This document shows positions 58,718 to 64,000 of a stretch of DNA of 64,000 bases, piece by piece. The stretch is from positions 8,510 to 72,509 of the forward strand of contig DYDB01000006.1 of NCBI GenBank assembly GCA_020718085.1, read 5' to 3'. Each line of letters opens with the position of its first letter. Position 1 is the first letter of the stretch. Position numbers and translations under genes: made by a program. A model generated the notes under the pieces. It searched no databases. It saw only the letters and a program-made list of their open reading frames with translations, and was not told the origin of the DNA. Origin of the DNA: Micavibrio sp. (GTDB lineage Bacteria > Patescibacteriota > Minisyncoccia > Moranbacterales > GCA-2747515).

Positions 58718-59536
58718 ATGGTTATTAATGAAGAACCATCACTGATCAAGCGTCTACGTGTGGGGACGCTCAAGATGCTTAAAGCATCACTACATACAGT
58801 TCGTTTATATACAACAAAATATGCATATTTTGTGCTCACAGGTGTTACATTCATGATTGCCGGAAGTTTTTTTGTGTTTAATCACAGCACGGAGGCAATT
58901 GGTGATGAAATGCCTATCGCAGATCAAGAATTGCAACAGTACACAGCATGTGTTTTTAGCAAAAGTCTTATGGACACAGATGCAAATCAAGGCATAACTG
59001 TGGGTATTGATGAGGAATGTAAAAAGGCTAGTGCAAATGATGTGTTCGTTGAAACGGAAGAGGATTGGTTTGAGCAAGAGTTGAATGATATGCTCGCCGG
59101 TCACCCAATGGAGATCATGGCAGGATCGATCGCACAACAGGATAAAAAGGTTGCCGGTTTGATCGTGGGTATTGCAAGACAAGAAAGCCAATGGGGTATG
59201 CATGCACCATCAAAGGGCGGCGTGGATTGTTATAATTATTGGGGCTATAAATCTACAGGTACACGTGGGCAATCAATGGGATATGCGTGCTTTGGATCAC
59301 CTCAGGAAGCTGTGGAGGTTGTGGCAAAACGATTGGATCATTTTGTGTACGATGCACATCGTGATACACCAGCAAAGATGGTAACGCCATGGAAATGTGG
59401 CAATAGTTGCGCATCACATTCGCCGGAAAGTGTGCAAAGATGGGTGGGTACAGTGAGTACATATTTCAATCAAATTGTTGCATTGGATGTGCAAGACACA
59501 CAAATACAAAATACATTATTATCTTTCAATAAATAG
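58718..59536 (+). CDS. Membrane-anchored Cys-rich transglycosylase-like (QES motif) domain protein. Paralog of the 46482..47795 gene
   Basis: TM 'YAYFVLTGVTFMIAGSFFVF'. C-terminal domain 'GHPMEIM...IARQESQWGMHAP...DCYNYWGY...C...AVE...KR...WKCGNSCASHSPESVQRWVGTV' aligns along its length with the 46482 protein. The start is uncertain: the ORF track begins at a TTG at 58583, and the first in-frame ATG is 58718. Confidence 0.5.
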   Translation: MVINEEPSLIKRLRVGTLKMLKASLHTVRLYTTKYAYFVLTGVTFMIAGSFFVFNHSTEAIGDEMPIADQELQQYTACVFSKSLMDTDANQGITVGIDEECKKASANDVFVETEEDWFEQELNDMLAGHPMEIMAGSIAQQDKKVAGLIVGIARQESQWGMHAPSKGGVDCYNYWGYKSTGTRGQSMGYACFGSPQEAVEVVAKRLDHFVYDAHRDTPAKMVTPWKCGNSCASHSPESVQRWVGTVSTYFNQIVALDVQDTQIQNTLLSFNK

Positions 59537-59545
59537 AATTTAAAA

Positions 59546-59576
59546 AAAGATGCTCTTTCGAGCATCTTTTTTGTTT
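59546..59576 (+). terminator. Rho-independent terminator (aaagatgctc...gagcatcttt + TTTTTGTTTT)
   Basis: 10-bp stem plus T-run 10 bp after the stop. Confidence 0.8.
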
Positions 59577-59836
59577 TGTATATTTGGACGAAGATCAAAA
59601 AAAATATACAATAGAGATAAGACATAAGGAGATAGCGAGGAAAATAGTCTGAAATAATTATTTAATGATCAATTTTCAATTTACAATGAATTTTCAATGT
59701 CTTAATTATTCAATATGGTGAAACTTGTGAAAATGGGATATTGATTGTAAATTTATCATTGGAAATTAAATTATGTTAGACAGAGTACTATTTTCAAATG
59801 TGATGTCTGTGGAAGTTAATACATTAATGGGCAACA

Positions 59837-61030
59837 TTGCAATATATGTTTGAACGAACAAAAAATCTCAATTTATCCGTGATCAAGCAGATGGAGATTC
59901 GTGCGCATAAATACCCGGATATGATCTCTTTGGCACAGGGAGTGCCGAATTTTGACACGCCATCATGTATTAAAAGGCGTGTAGAACTGGCTCTGCAAAA
60001 AGGCGTTGTGGCGAAATATTCACTCTCACCAGGCTTGGCAGAGTTGCGTGAATTGATCGAAATCACCTTGGCAAAAGATCATATGTTCTATGATTGGGAA
60101 AAAGAAATTATTGTCACAGCAGGATCGATCGAGGGAATTACTGCTACGATTCTTGCGATTGCAAATCCTGGGGACGAGATCATTATTCCTGAGCCGACAT
60201 ATACATCGTACAGGGAAGTGATCATTCTTGCGGGATGTGTTCCAGTTTTTGTGCCTCTCGATGAGGAAAATGGATGGGCATTTGATTGTAAAAAATTTGC
60301 TGCGGCGATTACACCAAAAACAAAAGCGATCTTTTATTGTAACCCAAATAATCCTACGGGAACGATCTACTCAAGGGAGCAATTGATGGAGCTGGCAAAA
60401 TTGGCAGAAACACATGACTTGTTTTTGATCTCAGATGAGGTTTATAAGGATTTTCTTTTTGAAGAGGGGCAACATATTTTCAGTTTGGCGGAAGTTGCAA
60501 AATATCGAAAACGTGTGATCCGTTTATTTAGTTTTTCAAAATCTTATGCAATGACAGGATGGCGCGTGGGATATGTGCATACAGACGAAAGTGTTGCACA
60601 GGAAATCATCAAAGTACATGATGCCTTGGTAACATGTGCGCCTGTTATTTCGCAGTATGCTGCAATGGGCGCGCTTGAGATGGGAGAATCTGACGTGCGC
60701 ATGATGAATCAGGCATACAAGAGACGTCGTGATGTAATCTGTGCGCATCTGGATGATCTATCACATATTTTTTCCTATGTACGACCGGAGAGTTCATATT
60801 ATGTTTTTCCGAAAATTCTTTGCGATGTGCCACATCATGCATCAGACGTGCATAATGACAGTGTGTCTTGGCGTTTTGCTTTGTGGATGCTGGAACAAAC
60901 ACAGGTGGTGATGGTGCCGGGTGTCGCGTTCGGTCCGAATGGTGAGGATCATGTGCGATTTAGTTTTGGACGAAGCACGAAAGATATTAATATTGCTTTT
61001 GCGCGAATAAAAAAGTTCTTTGAGAAATGA
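59837..61030 (+). CDS. Class I/II PLP-dependent aminotransferase (aspartate/aromatic aminotransferase-like)
   Basis: PLP-lysine motif 'FSFSKSYAMTGWRVGY'. 'NPNNPTG'. 397 aa. Confidence 0.85.
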   Translation: MQYMFERTKNLNLSVIKQMEIRAHKYPDMISLAQGVPNFDTPSCIKRRVELALQKGVVAKYSLSPGLAELRELIEITLAKDHMFYDWEKEIIVTAGSIEGITATILAIANPGDEIIIPEPTYTSYREVIILAGCVPVFVPLDEENGWAFDCKKFAAAITPKTKAIFYCNPNNPTGTIYSREQLMELAKLAETHDLFLISDEVYKDFLFEEGQHIFSLAEVAKYRKRVIRLFSFSKSYAMTGWRVGYVHTDESVAQEIIKVHDALVTCAPVISQYAAMGALEMGESDVRMMNQAYKRRRDVICAHLDDLSHIFSYVRPESSYYVFPKILCDVPHHASDVHNDSVSWRFALWMLEQTQVVMVPGVAFGPNGEDHVRFSFGRSTKDINIAFARIKKFFEK

Positions 61031-61058
61031 TATATAAATTTAATTTTTCACGTATTAT

Positions 61059-61823
61059 ATGATGAGGGTTCTATGTAAAATTATTCTCCAATATTATTTG
61101 AAGGTCATAACGAAGATCGTTCTTTTTGTACATCACCCTATGATCATTGTGATTGCCGGTAGTGTTAACAAAACATTTGTGCGTGATGAGGTGAAGCGAG
61201 TTTTGCATACAAGAGAATATCGTGTGCGCTCAAATCCCAAAAACTTCAATACGGAAATTGGATTACCTTTGGCGATATTAAATATTGAGAGTGGATATAA
61301 TTCTTATAAGCGCTGGGTTCCTGCAATATGTGCAGCTATGCGTGCTGTTTTTCAAAAAGATTTTCCAGAATGTTTAGTATTGGAATTAGGTGTTGCAAAA
61401 AAAGGAGACATGCGATATTTACTCTCCCTTGTATCACCGCATATCACCATTATTACTGATATCACGCAACGATACATAGAATCATTCTCTGGTATGGATC
61501 GATTGGTAAATGAGTATGCGTATCTTGTAAAAAAAACACCGCAAAATGGAAAAGTGATATTGAATTGGGATAATGAGCGCGTTCGTGCATTGCAAGATGT
61601 TGCAACTGCGCCAGTTACTTTTTTTGGATTTGCGGTGGAAAACATGGGTGAACATGGCAAAATTGAAGAAATTAGTAAAGATTCCAATGGCATAAATGTT
61701 TCTATGTGCTATAAAGGTGAGAAAAAAAACATACACATCCCGCGATTTGGCACGCATCACGCAGTTGCTTTTTTGGTGGGGTGGATCGTATTGACAGAGA
61801 TCAATAATGTGCGCACGAAATGA
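61059..61823 (+). CDS. Mur-ligase-family protein, MurF-like central domain only: truncated (no C-terminal domain) with a degenerate P-loop. Possible gene remnant
   Basis: 'IVIAGSVNKTF' stands in for GSNGKTT. 'NFNTEIGLPLAILNI' matches MurF 'NLNNEIGVPLTLL'. 'LVLELGVAKKGDMRYLLSLVSPHITIITDI' matches 'AVIELGANHPGEIAYL..LARPDVALVTNV'. The ORF ends at 61823, overlapping the next gene start, where a MurF C-terminal domain (~130 aa) would be expected. Confidence 0.5.
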   Translation: MMRVLCKIILQYYLKVITKIVLFVHHPMIIVIAGSVNKTFVRDEVKRVLHTREYRVRSNPKNFNTEIGLPLAILNIESGYNSYKRWVPAICAAMRAVFQKDFPECLVLELGVAKKGDMRYLLSLVSPHITIITDITQRYIESFSGMDRLVNEYAYLVKKTPQNGKVILNWDNERVRALQDVATAPVTFFGFAVENMGEHGKIEEISKDSNGINVSMCYKGEKKNIHIPRFGTHHAVAFLVGWIVLTEINNVRTK

Positions 61824-63004
61824 ATAAGGTAAAAGATCAATTTTTATGGGGCGTTGTTAATATTGGCACGCAGACAGCAGGGAATGATCATTATAGCAAT
61901 TGGTCTGCGTGGGCACGACGTGGTCTCGTGCCAAAAATTGGTGTGGCAAATGCATACGAACGACGATATCGTGAAGATCATGATCTCGCGGAGGAGTTGG
62001 GATGTAATAGTATGCGCATTACAATTGAATGGTCACGCATCGAACCACGAGAAAATTTTTTTGATGACGAAGCACTTAAATATTATGAGAACATTTTATA
62101 TGATCTCAAGAAACGAAATATAAAAACAGTTGTCGGTTTGTGGCACTGGAGCATCCCATTGTGGTGTGAGGAATTTTATGGCATGCACGATCGATGTGTT
62201 GTAAAAAAATTTGAAAGATTTGTACAACATGTCTGTACACATCTTGGACACATGATCGATTATGTAGTTGTGATCAATGAACCGACTGTATATGTGCAGT
62301 CAAGTTATATTAGCAGGTTGCGTCCACCTTTTTTAAAAAACTATACGAAAGCATATTGTGTCTCCAAGAATCTGATTGCAATGCATAAAAATGTATATAG
62401 GTTGTGGAAAAGTGCATATCCACATACGTTGATCGGGTCAACATATTTATGGAATGACGAATGTGGTGCACAAAGTACGATCATACAAAAAATATATTTT
62501 GTGATAAAGAAATATTTTGCCGTGACGTTCTTTATAAGAGCCTTACTTTCTTGCAGTGATTTCATCGGGATTAATTATTATACAAGTAATCGATTTTTCT
62601 TTGGAAAAAGCGGAAAGAGTTGGGGTGTGCATGGCACAAATGATTGGCATGATCCGGATGTATGGCGGACATTTCCAGAGGGCTTGTATGCTGTGCTCAT
62701 GCAGGTAAAAAAATATCACAAGCCGATCATTGTTTTGGAAAACGGAAAACCAACAAATAGTGGCACACAAGATCTTGATCGACAAATATTTCTTGAACAA
62801 TCTGTTATGTATGTAAAAAAAGCGAAAATAGATGGTGCGGACGTGCAAGGATATTTTCACTATTGTCTTTGTGACAGTTACGAATGGGACAGCGGTTATA
62901 ATTTCAAATTTGGACTCGTGGAGATCGATCGTGCAACTGGTGGGCGTATGCGAAGAGATAGTTTTGAAACGTACAAAAATATTATTGCACAGGACCGTGA
63001 ATAA
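61820..63004 (+). CDS. Glycoside hydrolase family 1 (beta-glucosidase-like)
   Basis: 'FLWGVVNIGTQTAGND' (GH1 N-terminal signature). Acid/base 'VVINEPTVY'. Nucleophile 'IVLENGK'. 'YCLCDSYEWDSGYNFKFGLVEID'. Confidence 0.75.
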   Translation: MNKVKDQFLWGVVNIGTQTAGNDHYSNWSAWARRGLVPKIGVANAYERRYREDHDLAEELGCNSMRITIEWSRIEPRENFFDDEALKYYENILYDLKKRNIKTVVGLWHWSIPLWCEEFYGMHDRCVVKKFERFVQHVCTHLGHMIDYVVVINEPTVYVQSSYISRLRPPFLKNYTKAYCVSKNLIAMHKNVYRLWKSAYPHTLIGSTYLWNDECGAQSTIIQKIYFVIKKYFAVTFFIRALLSCSDFIGINYYTSNRFFFGKSGKSWGVHGTNDWHDPDVWRTFPEGLYAVLMQVKKYHKPIIVLENGKPTNSGTQDLDRQIFLEQSVMYVKKAKIDGADVQGYFHYCLCDSYEWDSGYNFKFGLVEIDRATGGRMRRDSFETYKNIIAQDRE

Positions 63005-63040
63005 TTGGTTTTTTTCGATAAAATGGTATAACATAAAGCA

Positions 63041-63472
63041 ATGAAAATGATGATCGTGACAATTGGACAGCCGAAACTTTCTTTTGCAAAAGAAGGTTTT
63101 GCAGAGTATATAAAAAGATTGTCGGGATTTCACAAAATGGAAGTTACGCATCTTAGTGATAAAGTGACGGATGATAAATTGTTGCAAGTAATTGACAATC
63201 ATTTTTGTATTGTTTTGGATGAACATGGTGTTGAATATACGAGTAGAGAATTTGCGCGATTTTTAGATGAAAAGTCAGTGAATGGTGTGAGTGAAATTGT
63301 TTTTGTAATTGGTGGTCCGGAAGGGCATAGTGAAAAAATAAAAAAGCATGCGAATGTATTATGGAGCATGAGCAAGCTTACATTTCCGCATGATCTGGCG
63401 ATGATGATCTTGGCAGAGACTTTATATCGTTCAAGTACGATCAATGCGGGACATCCATATCATAGAGAATAG
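63041..63472 (+). CDS. rlmH: 23S rRNA (pseudouridine1915-N3)-methyltransferase RlmH (SPOUT)
   Basis: 'VFVIGGPEGHSEKI', 'LSMSKLTFPHDLAMMILAETLYRSSTINAGHPYHRE' is the RlmH C-terminal signature. Confidence 0.85.
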   Translation: MKMMIVTIGQPKLSFAKEGFAEYIKRLSGFHKMEVTHLSDKVTDDKLLQVIDNHFCIVLDEHGVEYTSREFARFLDEKSVNGVSEIVFVIGGPEGHSEKIKKHANVLWSMSKLTFPHDLAMMILAETLYRSSTINAGHPYHRE

Positions 63473-63492
63473 ATATTTATCATATTTTATAT

Positions 63493-64000
63493 ATGCAAGA
63501 ACAATACAGAGAGTTATATCAAAAATCTAAAAAAGGTCAGGCGGATACGGTGGTCATTGAGGGAATGCATGCATTTAAACATGCGGCACGTTTTGGTGCG
63601 GAATTTGTAGATGTGATAACTGATGATAAAAAGGCTGCCATAGAGCTTATGCAGCGTATTGCTACGACACAAGATGTGGAACACGTGGAACAATTTGCGC
63701 GGGAGATCGACTCTGTGCAATTTCGTGACATTGCCTCATCATCACTGCGCACGGGTATTGTGGCAATCGCCAAAAAACCGGTCTATACAATTGCAGATGC
63801 AAAAGATAAACAAGTTATTTTTATCGAAAATCCACACGATATCAATAATGTTGGTGCAGTGGTGCGTGTTGCTGCAGGTTATGGTGTAGGGGCCGTGGCG
63901 ATCGTGGGAGAGATCAGTCCGTGGCACATGTTGGCAATTCGTGCTGGCGCGGGATTGCAATGGGCAGTGCCAATGTTACATGTTGGCTCTATTGCAGATG
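63493..64000 (+). CDS. SpoU/TrmH-family RNA 2'-O-methyltransferase, 3'-partial (runs off the window end); not in the ORF track
   Basis: ATG at 63493, open frame to 64000. Motif 1 'IFIENPHDINNVGAVVRVAAGYGVGAVAIVGE' (SpoU ENPxDPxNLGAIxRTAxAFG-like). Confidence 0.65.
   Translation, partial: MQEQYRELYQKSKKGQADTVVIEGMHAFKHAARFGAEFVDVITDDKKAAIELMQRIATTQDVEHVEQFAREIDSVQFRDIASSSLRTGIVAIAKKPVYTIADAKDKQVIFIENPHDINNVGAVVRVAAGYGVGAVAIVGEISPWHMLAIRAGAGLQWAVPMLHVGSIAD

Noticed and set aside
1-64000. CRISPR arrays, rRNA/tRNA genes, transposases or integrases
   Set aside because: No regularly spaced direct repeats were seen, no rRNA-like conserved blocks, and no DDE/tyrosine-recombinase ORFs among the called proteins.

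Overview
AT-rich bacterial chromosomal segment, apparently from an uncultivated lineage, using the standard genetic code. It carries about 47 protein-coding genes, nearly all on the + strand. I found no rRNA, tRNA or CRISPR array.

The window begins inside a very large surface-protein gene: two 6-bladed Kelch-like propeller modules plus a C-terminal peptidase-S74 auto-chaperone domain. It then runs through:
- housekeeping genes: dnaJ preceded by a CIRCE/HrcA operator, tsaC-like, argS, type-2 ileS, recO, lgt, rlmH, a TrmH-like methyltransferase, aspartate aminotransferase and a NUDIX hydrolase;
- a sensory block: a PAS hybrid histidine kinase and a Cache methyl-accepting chemotaxis protein;
- a CsoR/RcnR-family regulator translationally coupled to an RND efflux pump, behind a perfect 16-3-16 inverted-repeat operator;
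- a rhodanese/DUF2892 sulfurtransferase cluster flanking a beta-CASP ribonuclease;
- a second giant secreted protein (delta-60-type propeller repeats), a GT4 glycosyltransferase, and a P-type cation ATPase.

The most notable feature is a 7.3-kb operon (49242..56489) encoding a Nuo/group-4-hydrogenase-like membrane complex: NuoB-like, NuoL-like, a fused NuoH+NuoK-like, NuoM-like and a fused NuoC+NuoD-like subunit. Every [NiFe]-site and N2 [4Fe-4S] cysteine ligand is replaced, and no ferredoxin-like or NADH-module subunit is present. It is bracketed on both sides, in the same orientation, by two paralogous, internally duplicated proteins that carry the beta-carbonic-anhydrase zinc-site motifs (C-x-D-x-R ... 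H-x-x-C-G-A). I interpret this as a candidate cofactor-less, ion-gradient-coupled CO2-hydration system (Cup/DAB-like logic). It is probably undescribed.

Other oddities:
- a 36-nt hairpin repeat present both intergenically and in-frame inside ileS;
- a 21-bp inverted-repeat pair upstream of the Nuo-like operon;
- paired Cys-rich transglycosylase-like paralogs;
- a frameshifted CYTH gene;
- a truncated Mur-ligase-like gene;
- several degenerate pseudo-enzymes;
- a structured leader ending in an intrinsic terminator.
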